Positions 18,819 to 27,970 of a stretch of 55,608 nt of DNA are shown in pieces (within the stretch, counting starts at the first letter, position 1; each line of letters opens with the position of its first letter). The translations under genes and the position numbers were made by a program. Origin of the DNA: an uncultured Bacilli bacterium (GTDB lineage Bacteria > Bacillota_I > Bacilli_A > RF39 > UBA660); contig CANNTX010000001.1 of the NCBI GenBank assembly GCA_947522695.1, positions 1 to 55,608 of the forward strand, read 5' to 3'. The notes beneath the pieces were generated by a model. It was not told where the DNA came from. It saw nothing but the letters and a program-made list of their open reading frames with translations, and did no database searches.

Positions 18819-20882
18819 ATGTTGTTTAAAATTTTAGGTACGTTAATGTACTGGTGTTATGGTTTATCAGAAAATTATGGAATTGCAATTATATTTTTTA
18901 CTTTTTTAAGTAAAATAATTTTGCTTCCTATAAGTATATGGGTTCAAAAAAACTCTATTAAAATGGTTAAGATGCAGCCTGATATTTATAAAATCAAAAT
19001 TAATTATTTTGGGGATAAGGATAAGATAGCTGATGAAACATCAAAATTATATAAAAAAGAAAAATATAATGCTTTTGTTTCTTTAGTTCCATTACTTATT
19101 CAAATTGTTTTACTATTAGGAGTCGTTGAAGTAATTAATAAACCACTTACGTATATCTTAAATGTTGATAATAATGAAATTGTTTCATTAAAGGATGATA
19201 TTGTTAATAAATATGATAATTTGTCAATTGATTCTTCTTCTTTGGAACTTAACATTATTAATGAAATTAAAAATAATGATATTCATACTTTTAAAAACAT
19301 TTCTGTTTCTACTGTAAATAAAGTTCAAGATTTTAGTTTTAGTTTTTTAGGTTTTGATTTAAGCTGGATTGCTGATGTTAAAGGTGGATTATCAATTTTA
19401 ATTCCTATTATTGCAGGAATTAGTGCATTTATTATGTGTTTTGCTCAAAATTTAATGAATGTTCTACAACAAGAACAATCAAAATTTAATAAATGGTTTA
19501 TGGTAATATTTTCAGTTGCATTATCTTTATATTTAGGATATTTTGTTCCAGCTGGTGTTGCTTTATATTGGACTTCAAGTAATTTACTTGCAATTTTAAT
19601 ACAATGGTTTTTGAATATTATTATTAACCCTAAAAAATATGTTGATTATGAAAATTTAGAAAAATTACAAAAGGAATATAATGAAATTGCTTCTTTAGAT
19701 AAAAAAGTTAAGAGAAGTAAGGAACAAAAGAAAAAAGAAAAAGAAGATTATAAAAAATTCTTTAAAATTGCTAATAAACATTTAGTTTTTTATTCAGAAA
19801 GTAATGGTTTTTACAAATATTATAAAGGTATTATAGAATATTTATTAAAACATACAAATATAGTTATTCACTATATTACTAGTGATTATAATGATAATAT
19901 TTTTAATATGGAAAAAGAATATTCAAATCTTAAGGCATATTATATTGAAGAAAAAAAATTAATCACCTTAATGATGAAAATGGATGCTGATGTGGTTGTT
20001 ATGACTATGCCAGATTTAGAAAATTATCATATTAAAAAAAGTTATATTAGAAAAGATATTGTTTATGTTTATATTCCTCATGGAATTGATAGTATTAATT
20101 TAACTCAAAGATATAAATCAATAAATGCTTATGATATTTTCTTTGCTGCTGGAAAATATCAAAGAGAAGAGGCCGAAGCAACAAACAAATTATTTAATTT
20201 AAATAATAAAATCTATGATTGGGGATATACATTACTTGATGATATGGCTGACAATTATAAAGAAAAGAAATCAACTGATAAAAAATCTATTTTAATTGCT
20301 CCATCTTGGCAAAAGGACAATATTTGTGATTTATGTTTAGATCAGCTACTAAATGAAATGATGGTTAATGAAAACTATAATATAATAGTTAGACCACATC
20401 CTCAAGAAGTGAGACATAAAGCAGAAAAATTTGAAGCATTAAAAGAAAAGTATAAAAATAATAAAAATGTATATATTCAAACTGATTTTTCAAATAATTC
20501 ATCTATATTGGATGCTGATTTATTGATTACTGATTGGTCTGGAATTTGTTATGAATATGCATTTACTACTAAAAAACCGGTTGTATTTATAAATACACCA
20601 ATGAAAATTATGAATCCAAACTATAAGGATATAAACATAGAACCTTATTCTATTTGGTCTAGAGATGTGATTGGAAAAAGTATTGAGGTAGATAATATAA
20701 GTAAAGAATTAAATAATGATATAGATTATTTATTAAAAAACAAAGATAAATATACTAAAAAAATAGATGATTTGTATCATGATTCAATATATAATATTGG
20801 AAATTCTGGAGAAGTTGGTGCTAAATACTTAGTTGAAATAATAAAAAGTAAAATTGACGAAAGGAGAAAAAATGAAAAATAA
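18819..20882 (+). CDS. fusion protein: N-terminal YidC/Oxa1-type membrane insertase domain plus C-terminal CDP-glycerol glycerophosphotransferase (TagB/TagF-like) domain
   Basis: YidC-like region: GIAIIFFTFLSKIILLPISIWVQKNSIKMVKMQPD...LYKKEKYNAF...GVALYWTSSNLLAILIQ. TagF-like region: ILIAPSWQKDN, IIVRPHPQ, LITDWSGICYEYAFTTKKPVVF. The ATG at 18819 follows an AGAGGG RBS (track start 18786). Confidence 0.8.
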   Translation: MLFKILGTLMYWCYGLSENYGIAIIFFTFLSKIILLPISIWVQKNSIKMVKMQPDIYKIKINYFGDKDKIADETSKLYKKEKYNAFVSLVPLLIQIVLLLGVVEVINKPLTYILNVDNNEIVSLKDDIVNKYDNLSIDSSSLELNIINEIKNNDIHTFKNISVSTVNKVQDFSFSFLGFDLSWIADVKGGLSILIPIIAGISAFIMCFAQNLMNVLQQEQSKFNKWFMVIFSVALSLYLGYFVPAGVALYWTSSNLLAILIQWFLNIIINPKKYVDYENLEKLQKEYNEIASLDKKVKRSKEQKKKEKEDYKKFFKIANKHLVFYSESNGFYKYYKGIIEYLLKHTNIVIHYITSDYNDNIFNMEKEYSNLKAYYIEEKKLITLMMKMDADVVVMTMPDLENYHIKKSYIRKDIVYVYIPHGIDSINLTQRYKSINAYDIFFAAGKYQREEAEATNKLFNLNNKIYDWGYTLLDDMADNYKEKKSTDKKSILIAPSWQKDNICDLCLDQLLNEMMVNENYNIIVRPHPQEVRHKAEKFEALKEKYKNNKNVYIQTDFSNNSSILDADLLITDWSGICYEYAFTTKKPVVFINTPMKIMNPNYKDINIEPYSIWSRDVIGKSIEVDNISKELNNDIDYLLKNKDKYTKKIDDLYHDSIYNIGNSGEVGAKYLVEIIKSKIDERRKNEK

Positions 20883-21135
20883 AATTTGTAAATTTGGTAT
20901 GATTATTTTCTTTTCATTTTCATTTATGATTTTATTTAGTGATAATGTACTTGCTTATATTGATCCGTCTGTTATGACTTACGCCATACAGGCAATAGCA
21001 GGAATTGTTATTGCAATAGGTGCTTTTGTTGGTATATATTTTAGAAAAATTAAAAAGAATGTTACTAATAAATTAGGCATTGATGAAAATAAAAATAAAG
21101 AAATTGAATCAGACGAGATTAAAATTGAAAAATAA
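20872..21135 (+). CDS. small hypothetical membrane protein (2 TM segments)
   Basis: AGGAG RBS before the ATG at 20872; overlaps the upstream stop by 11 nt; hydrophobic segments FGMIIFFSFSFMILF and AIAGIVIAIGAFVGIYF. Confidence 0.55.
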   Translation: MKNKICKFGMIIFFSFSFMILFSDNVLAYIDPSVMTYAIQAIAGIVIAIGAFVGIYFRKIKKNVTNKLGIDENKNKEIESDEIKIEK

Positions 21136-21144
21136 TTATATATT

Positions 21145-21170
21145 AACACTCTATTTTGAGTGTTTTTTAT
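21145..21170 (+). terminator. rho-independent terminator closing the tagO-to-YidC/TagF gene string
   Basis: AACACTC-TATTTT-GAGTGTT followed by T5. Confidence 0.65.
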
Positions 21171-21235
21171 TGAAGTGTTCAAAAAAAGATGTTATTATTT
21201 AATTATGAACAAAATATAGTATAGGAGTTGATTGT

Positions 21236-22213
21236 ATGAAAAAATACATATGTTTAATATTTTTGTTTATTTTATTAATTACAACTGGTTGTTCAAAAAA
21301 AGCTGGTCAAGTTGTAATTTATACATCTATGGAGGAAAATCGTAATAAGGCTTTAAAAGAGCAATTAGCTGAAAAGTTTCCTGATAAAGATATAGTTGTT
21401 CAATATTTATCAACTGGAAATAGTGCTGCAAAGATAAAAAATGAAGGCACAAATGTAGAAGCCGATATTATACTTGATTTGGAAACTGCTCATATGGTTG
21501 AACTAGAAGAAAATTTTGCTGATTTATCATCTTTTGATACAAGTATTTATCTTGATGGAGTTAATAAATCAAATAGATATTTAACTTGGACTAAATATAC
21601 TATGGCATTAATTATTGATAAAAACTATTTTGATAAGCATAATTTATCAGTACCAAAAACTTATGATGATTTGTTAAAATCTGAATATAGGAATTTAATT
21701 GCTATTCCTGATCCTAAAACATCAGGAACTGGTTATGCATTTTATTTAAATGCTGTTAATATAATGGGTGAAGATAACGCTATTGAGTATTTTAAGAAAT
21801 TAAAAAACAATTTAAGAGAATTTACAACATCTGGTTCTGGGCCTACAAACTTATTAAAACAAGGTGAAATAGCTATTGCAATGGGAATGACAAGTCAAGG
21901 GGTAGAAGCTATAAATGAAGGTTATAATTTTAAAATTGTTTCTTTAAAAACTGGTGCACCATATAATACTACTAGTTTTGGTATTATTAAGGGAAGAGAA
22001 AACAAAGAAAATGTACGTGAAGTTTTTGAGTGGTTAATGAATGATTTTGGAAAATATGATAAAGAGTATTATCTTCCTGATAAGATTCTTAAAAATCAAG
22101 AAGTTAAAGTTAAAAATTATCCTACAAATTTAAAAGATGCAAAAATGGATGGTATAGATAGTGTTAGCGTCAAACAAGATTTAATTAGCAAGTGGGAAAA
22201 AGTTAATGGCTAG
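21236..22213 (+). CDS. ABC importer substrate-binding lipoprotein (Fe3+/thiamine/2-aminoethylphosphonate-type SBP family)
   Basis: Lipobox LLITTGCS; VVIYTSMEENRNKAL and DPKTSGTGYAFYL motifs typical of this SBP class. Confidence 0.75.
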   Translation: MKKYICLIFLFILLITTGCSKKAGQVVIYTSMEENRNKALKEQLAEKFPDKDIVVQYLSTGNSAAKIKNEGTNVEADIILDLETAHMVELEENFADLSSFDTSIYLDGVNKSNRYLTWTKYTMALIIDKNYFDKHNLSVPKTYDDLLKSEYRNLIAIPDPKTSGTGYAFYLNAVNIMGEDNAIEYFKKLKNNLREFTTSGSGPTNLLKQGEIAIAMGMTSQGVEAINEGYNFKIVSLKTGAPYNTTSFGIIKGRENKENVREVFEWLMNDFGKYDKEYYLPDKILKNQEVKVKNYPTNLKDAKMDGIDSVSVKQDLISKWEKVNG

Positions 22214-22967
22214 TATTGAGGTTAAAAATATTTCAAAAATTTTTGATAATAAATTAGTATTAAATAATTTGAATTTTAATGTTAGTGATGGAGAATTATT
22301 ATCTATACTGGGTAAATCAGGTTGTGGTAAAACAACTTTGTTAAAAATATTAATTGGAATTGAAAAACCTTCTAGTGGAATTATTTTAAAAAATAATAAA
22401 AATATTACAAAATATGATATTTCTAAAAGAGGAATGGGAATCGTTTTTCAAAATTATGCATTATTTCCAAATATGACTGTTCTTGAAAATGTTTCTTATG
22501 CTCTAAATAATAAATTGAAAGATAAGAAGAAGGCCAATGAACAAGCAATGGATATTATTTCGATGGTTAATTTAGATGATCATATTAATAAATATCCAAA
22601 TGAGTTATCTGGTGGTCAGATGCAAAGAGTTGCAATTGCTAGAACGTTAGCTCTTAAACCTGATGTTATTTTGTTTGATGAAGCATTAAGCGCATTGGAT
22701 GCGGAAAATAAAATAATTCTTAGAAATAAAATAAGAGAACTTAATAAAAAATTTAATATTACAATGATTTTTATTACTCATGATCAAGAAGAAGCATTTT
22801 CGATATCCGATCGTGTGATGATAATGAATGATGGTTGTATTGAACAAATTGATAAACCAAGTGAAATTTTTAAACATCCTGCATCAAAGTATGTAGAAGA
22901 TTTTGTAGTCAAACACTTAAAAGAAAAAGTAACATCAATTCAAAAATGTGTTAAGGTTGATATGTGA
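22206..22967 (+). CDS. ABC transporter ATP-binding protein
   Basis: GKSGCGKTT, LSGGQMQRVAIAR, ILFDEALSALD, ITHDQEEA; overlaps the SBP gene by 8 nt. Confidence 0.9.
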   Translation: MASIEVKNISKIFDNKLVLNNLNFNVSDGELLSILGKSGCGKTTLLKILIGIEKPSSGIILKNNKNITKYDISKRGMGIVFQNYALFPNMTVLENVSYALNNKLKDKKKANEQAMDIISMVNLDDHINKYPNELSGGQMQRVAIARTLALKPDVILFDEALSALDAENKIILRNKIRELNKKFNITMIFITHDQEEAFSISDRVMIMNDGCIEQIDKPSEIFKHPASKYVEDFVVKHLKEKVTSIQKCVKVDM

Positions 22968-24547
22968 TGAAAAAAATTAAAATAAGTAAAACAGGAGGAT
23001 TAGTGTTATTATTTTTAATCTTTTCTGTTTTATTTCCAATTTCAAAATTGTTTATTTACGTTAAGTGGGATACTTTTGGCAAGTTAGTTACTTCTGAAGC
23101 TTTTATAACTGCATCTAAAAATTCACTTTTAGTAGCATCTATCTCAACAGTTCTATCTGTTTTAATTGCATATATTCTTGCTTATACTTTGAATAGAGTT
23201 AATATTAAATTTAAAAAGTTTTTTAAGATTGTATTTGTACTTCCAATGCTTATTCCATCTGTATCACATGGTCTAGGTTTAATTAATCTGTTTGGTAATA
23301 ATGGAATTATATCAAGATATTTTGATTTTAACATTATCGGACCTATTGGTATTATAATTGGATCAATAATGTATTCTTTTCCAGTTGCATTTTTAATGTT
23401 GGCTGATGGATTTAAATATATTGATAATAATATGTATTATGTTTCAAAATCGCTTAATTTAAATAATTTTCAAATATTTAAAAATGTTACTTTGGTTTAT
23501 TTGAAAAAATCTATTCTATCATCTATATTTGCTGTGTTTACTATGATTTTTACTGATTATGGTGTTCCAATAGCGGTAGGTGGAAAATTTAATACTTTAC
23601 CTGTATTTTTATATAAAGAAGTTATTGGTTTACTAGATTTTTCAAAAGGAACTATGATTGCTATGTTTTTACTTATTCCTGCAATAATTTCTTTTTTAGT
23701 TGATACTTTTGTTAAGGATTATAATAATGAAAATACTGGTAATAAAGATTATTATAGTTCTAATAAAGTTTTATCTATATTTTTAAAGTCATTTGTTGTT
23801 TTGATTATGATTTTAATTTTTGTTGTACTTGGATCATTTGTTTATTATGCATTTGTTGATAATGTTGTACTAAATAATTCGTTTTCTTTAAAGCACTTTG
23901 AATATGTATCTGAAAATGGTATATTTGATTATTTATTAAATTCATTAGTTATTTCTTTGTTTGTGGCAATAATCGGAACATTTATTTCTTATTTTGCTGC
24001 TTATAATACGGCTAGAATTAAAGGAAAAATGTCTAAAGTAATTCATTTATTTACAATAATTACTTTAGCTATACCTGGTATCGTATTGGGGCTTGCTTAT
24101 ACGATTTGTTTTAGAGGAACTTTTATTGCTAATACTTTTACTATAATTATAATTTGTAACATTGTACACTTTATAGCATCACCTTATTTAATGGCTTATA
24201 ATGCACTTTTAAAAGTTAATAATAATTATGAAGTTGTTGCTTCAACATTAAATATAAGTAAATTTAAAATTATTATGGATGTTATTATTCCTTGTACTAA
24301 GAGTACTATTATAGAAATGTTTTCTTATTTTTTTGTTAATAGTATGATTACAATTTCAGCTGTTACATTCTTATATACAGCTTCAACAATGCCTATTTCA
24401 TTATTAATAAATAATTATGAAGGAAACATGATGTTAGGAGAAGCTGCAATTGTTTCTATTATAATTTTATTTATTAATTTATTGATTAAATTTATTGGTA
24501 ATATTATTATTTCAAAAGATAGAAAGAAGGTTTATGTTAATGATTAA
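22964..24547 (+). CDS. ABC transporter permease, fused double-domain (about 12 TM) type
   Basis: 527 aa, highly hydrophobic, with two repeated permease halves; the start overlaps the ATPase stop (GTGATGA). Confidence 0.85.
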   Translation: MMKKIKISKTGGLVLLFLIFSVLFPISKLFIYVKWDTFGKLVTSEAFITASKNSLLVASISTVLSVLIAYILAYTLNRVNIKFKKFFKIVFVLPMLIPSVSHGLGLINLFGNNGIISRYFDFNIIGPIGIIIGSIMYSFPVAFLMLADGFKYIDNNMYYVSKSLNLNNFQIFKNVTLVYLKKSILSSIFAVFTMIFTDYGVPIAVGGKFNTLPVFLYKEVIGLLDFSKGTMIAMFLLIPAIISFLVDTFVKDYNNENTGNKDYYSSNKVLSIFLKSFVVLIMILIFVVLGSFVYYAFVDNVVLNNSFSLKHFEYVSENGIFDYLLNSLVISLFVAIIGTFISYFAAYNTARIKGKMSKVIHLFTIITLAIPGIVLGLAYTICFRGTFIANTFTIIIICNIVHFIASPYLMAYNALLKVNNNYEVVASTLNISKFKIIMDVIIPCTKSTIIEMFSYFFVNSMITISAVTFLYTASTMPISLLINNYEGNMMLGEAAIVSIIILFINLLIKFIGNIIISKDRKKVYVND

Positions 24548-25430
24548 TGAAAATGAATTTGAGGTATTGGTTTGCTTAGAAAAGGAAAAAAGAAATATTT
24601 CTCAACGTGAAATATCTAAAATTACAGGATTGTCATTAGGCACTGTTAACAAAAGTTATTCTAATTTAATAAATAATGGTTTTATTGGTAGTAATGGATT
24701 AATTACTGATAGTGGTATTAATACTTTGGAACCATATAGAGTTAAAAGAGCAATATTTTTAGCAGCTGGTTTCGGTTCGCGAATGGTTCCAATTACATTA
24801 AATACTCCTAAACCTTTAGTTAGAGTAAATGGTAAAAGAATTATTGAAACTCTATTAGATGCTGTTAGTGTTGCTGAAATTCCTGAAATTGTTATTGTTA
24901 CTGGATATTTAAGTGAACAATTTGATATTTTATGCAATAAATATCCTAATATAAAAATTGTTTATAATAAACATTATAATGAAATGAATAATATATCATC
25001 TGCCTATGCTGTTAAAGATTTATTTCAAAATGCATATGTTATGGAGTCTGATCTTGTATTATATAATCCAAATATTATTAGAAAGTATGAATATCATTCT
25101 AACTTTTTAGGAAAAAAAGTTGATGTTACAGATGATTGGTGTTTTGATGCTAAAAATGGGATTATAGTAAGAGAAAAACAGGGTGGTTATAATTGTTATC
25201 AAATGTATGGCATATCATATTATGATGAAGATGATGGCAAGAAAATAGCTAATGATTTAGAAAAAGTTATTAATATGCCTGGCGGCAAAGAAAAGTATTG
25301 GGAACAAGTTGTATTAGATGTTTGTAAAAATAATTATAAAATCTATGTTAAAGAATGTCATGATGGTGATATAATAGAAATAGATTCATTTAATGAATTA
25401 AAAAAGATTGACAAATCTTATGATGTGTAA
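24534..25430 (+). CDS. winged-HTH plus LicC-like nucleotidyl (cytidylyl) transferase
   Basis: N-terminal wHTH ISQREISKITGLSLGTVNKSYSNLINNGFI, then the NTP-transferase motif AIFLAAGFGSRMVPITLNTPKPLVRVNGKRIIE. The start overlaps the permease 3' end. Confidence 0.8.
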   Translation: MLMINENEFEVLVCLEKEKRNISQREISKITGLSLGTVNKSYSNLINNGFIGSNGLITDSGINTLEPYRVKRAIFLAAGFGSRMVPITLNTPKPLVRVNGKRIIETLLDAVSVAEIPEIVIVTGYLSEQFDILCNKYPNIKIVYNKHYNEMNNISSAYAVKDLFQNAYVMESDLVLYNPNIIRKYEYHSNFLGKKVDVTDDWCFDAKNGIIVREKQGGYNCYQMYGISYYDEDDGKKIANDLEKVINMPGGKEKYWEQVVLDVCKNNYKIYVKECHDGDIIEIDSFNELKKIDKSYDV

Positions 25431-25448
25431 TTGGGAGTTGTTTGATGA

Positions 25449-27080
25449 ATGAAAAAATTTAAATTTAAGGATTTAATATTTCCTTCAATTGTTTCTTTTG
25501 TATTGTCATTTATGTTGGTTATTTATGAACCAATTATTACATATGCTGCAAATACGGATGATTATTGGTTTAGTTTTAAAACATTAATTTTAAACAATTT
25601 ATTGTTATTTTTGATATTATTTTTTGTAGGTGTTATTTTTAGTGTTATAGTGTACTTTTTAACATTATTACTTAATAAAAGAAGTTTATATAATTTATAT
25701 TTAATTTTATTATTTGTTACATTTATTACTACATATATTCAAGGTAATTTTTTGGCTGGTTCTTTACCAACCCTAGATGGTTCTCCTATTATTTGGAATG
25801 ATTATACTAAACAAGGTGCTTTATCCGTTGCTTTATTGTGTATACTACTTGGTTTAAGTACATTCTTATTTGTTAAATATAAAGAAAAAGTTTTTACTTA
25901 TATGAAATATATATCATTTGCTGTTTTTGCGATGTTATTTGTTAGTTTAAGTACCACTTTATTAACAAGTAAAGATATATATGCAAATAAGGGAACAATT
26001 ACTGCTACTAATGATAATATAACTAATTTATCAGAAAATAAAAATTTTTTAATTTTACTTGTTGATATGGCTGATTCTAAAACATTTGATAAAGTTTTAA
26101 AACAAGTGAATAAGGAAGATATTTTTAAAGATTTTACATATTTTCCTGATACATTGGCGGCATATCCATTTACTCGTGAATCTATCCCATTTATTCTATC
26201 TGGTGAATGGTTTGAGGAACAAAAATCTTTTACAGATTACTATAATGATGCATTAAATAATTCGAAATTTTTAGAAGAACTAAAAAAGCAAAATTATGAT
26301 ATAAATATTTATGAAAGTGATTTAAATTGGACTGATAATAAAGCACTAGATGTTAATAATATTAAGGATATTAATTTTGCCATTGATAAAATTTCTTTAT
26401 ATAAGCAAGAGTTTAAATATATTTTATTTAAATATTTGCCTTTTCCTTTAAAGAAATATTCTAAAGTTGAATGGATTGATTATAAGTTATGTAGAAAAGA
26501 AAATCTCGATTCTGATAATCTATTTAATATGGATAATAAAGTAAATTATGATTTGTTGGATGAAGTTAATATTCAAAAAAGTAATTATTTTCAATTTTTA
26601 CATATAGACGGAGGTCATTATCCATGGGATTCTGATTCCAATTTTAATAAGGTAGAAAATGGTACTTATGAGCAAAAAATCGAGGCTTCAATTAAGGTTA
26701 TTGATAAGTATATTAAAAGAATAAAAGATGCTAAATTATATGATAATTCAGTAATAATGGTTCTTGCAGATCACGGAAATAATGGTTATGATCCTGTTGG
26801 AAGACAAAATCCAATTCTATATATTAAAGGTGTAAATGAAAAACATAATAAATTATTTGTGTCTAACAAAAAAGTTTCTTATACTGATTTAAATGATTCT
26901 ATTTATTATGATTTATTAAATGGCAAAAATAGTTCCGAATTATTACCGGAAGTTCAAAAAAATAGAATTAGAAGATTTATTTGGTATAAAGATTATGATG
27001 AATTATACGAACAATTTTTAGATGGTCATGCTTGGGAAACGAATAAATTAAAAAATTCTGGCAAAAAATATGGTAAATAA
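25449..27080 (+). CDS. polytopic membrane protein with an extracytoplasmic sulfatase/alkaline-phosphatase-superfamily domain (LtaS/EptA-like transferase)
   Basis: About 6 N-terminal TM segments, then FLILLVDMADS, LHIDGGHYPWD and MVLADHGNN, which resemble the metal/nucleophile and HxxGxHxP / DHG motifs of phospho-headgroup transferases. Confidence 0.7.
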   Translation: MKKFKFKDLIFPSIVSFVLSFMLVIYEPIITYAANTDDYWFSFKTLILNNLLLFLILFFVGVIFSVIVYFLTLLLNKRSLYNLYLILLFVTFITTYIQGNFLAGSLPTLDGSPIIWNDYTKQGALSVALLCILLGLSTFLFVKYKEKVFTYMKYISFAVFAMLFVSLSTTLLTSKDIYANKGTITATNDNITNLSENKNFLILLVDMADSKTFDKVLKQVNKEDIFKDFTYFPDTLAAYPFTRESIPFILSGEWFEEQKSFTDYYNDALNNSKFLEELKKQNYDINIYESDLNWTDNKALDVNNIKDINFAIDKISLYKQEFKYILFKYLPFPLKKYSKVEWIDYKLCRKENLDSDNLFNMDNKVNYDLLDEVNIQKSNYFQFLHIDGGHYPWDSDSNFNKVENGTYEQKIEASIKVIDKYIKRIKDAKLYDNSVIMVLADHGNNGYDPVGRQNPILYIKGVNEKHNKLFVSNKKVSYTDLNDSIYYDLLNGKNSSELLPEVQKNRIRRFIWYKDYDELYEQFLDGHAWETNKLKNSGKKYGK

Positions 27081-27086
27081 GCTATT

Positions 27087-27115
27087 AAAAGTGATAAATT
27101 ATCACTTTTTTCTTT
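27087..27115 (+). terminator. rho-independent terminator closing the five-gene importer operon
   Basis: AAAAGTGATA-AAT-TATCACTTTT hairpin followed by TTCTTTT. Confidence 0.65.
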
Positions 27116-27158
27116 TAAAGATTTTATATTATTGTTATAATTAATTAGAGGTTAATAT

Positions 27159-27956
27159 ATGAAAAGAATAATAAATAATTTAAAATATGTATATAAGAAA
27201 TATTCTTTTTTACTTGAACAATTGGTTTCAAGAGATTTTAAAGTAAAGTATAAAAGAAGTATTTTAGGTGTTCTTTGGAGTTTGTTATATCCTGTTTTAA
27301 TGATGTCTGTTATGGCAGTTGTATTTTCAAATGTTTTTAAATTTTCTACACCTGGTGTTAGTTATTTAGCATATTTACTTATAGGACTAACATATTTTAA
27401 CTATTTTACTGAGGCAAGTAATTTGGCTATGAGTAGTGTTGTTGCTAATTTTAGTTTAATTAATAAAGTATATATTCCAAAATATATATTTCCACTTTCA
27501 AAATGTATTTTTGTTGGAATTAATTTTCTTCTTACATTAATTCCATTATACATAGTAATTATTGCGACTGGTACTGGACTTAATTGGTATCATTTGTTAT
27601 TACCTTTTTCTTTTATTTGTTTATTTTTATTTACGATAGGAATGGGTTTTATACTTGCAACTATTTCTGTATTTTTAAGAGATATGTTTTATATTTACGG
27701 AATCGTAACAACAATTTGGAATTATTTAACCCCTATTATGTATGATATAAATATTATATCGAATCCTACATTACAATTATTAATGAAATTTAATCCAATG
27801 TATCAATTTATTAATTTTGCAAGAACTATTATTCTATATCATAATTGTCCGACATTAGGTCAATTTTTAGGATGCTCTATATCTTCAATTGTTGTATTTA
27901 TAATTGGATGTATTTTATTTAAAAAGAAACAAGATAAATTTATTTATTATGTATAA
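27159..27956 (+). CDS. tagG: ABC-2 type polysaccharide/teichoic acid export permease
   Basis: 265 aa, 6 TM segments, N-terminal LVSRDFKVKYKRSILGVLWSLL motif characteristic of TagG/Wzm. Confidence 0.85.
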   Translation: MKRIINNLKYVYKKYSFLLEQLVSRDFKVKYKRSILGVLWSLLYPVLMMSVMAVVFSNVFKFSTPGVSYLAYLLIGLTYFNYFTEASNLAMSSVVANFSLINKVYIPKYIFPLSKCIFVGINFLLTLIPLYIVIIATGTGLNWYHLLLPFSFICLFLFTIGMGFILATISVFLRDMFYIYGIVTTIWNYLTPIMYDINIISNPTLQLLMKFNPMYQFINFARTIILYHNCPTLGQFLGCSISSIVVFIIGCILFKKKQDKFIYYV

Positions 27957-27970
27957 GAGGTGAATGTTAA

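Noticed and set aside
20979-21182. 67-aa minus-strand ORF
   Set aside because: It is antisense to the small membrane-protein gene and runs through the terminator hairpin, so it is likely spurious.
22686-22877. 63-aa minus-strand ORF inside the ABC ATPase gene
   Set aside because: It is an antisense shadow of a gene with unambiguous Walker and signature motifs.
24656-24937. 93-aa minus-strand ORF inside the LicC-like gene
   Set aside because: It is an antisense shadow. The + strand frame carries the conserved nucleotidyltransferase motif.
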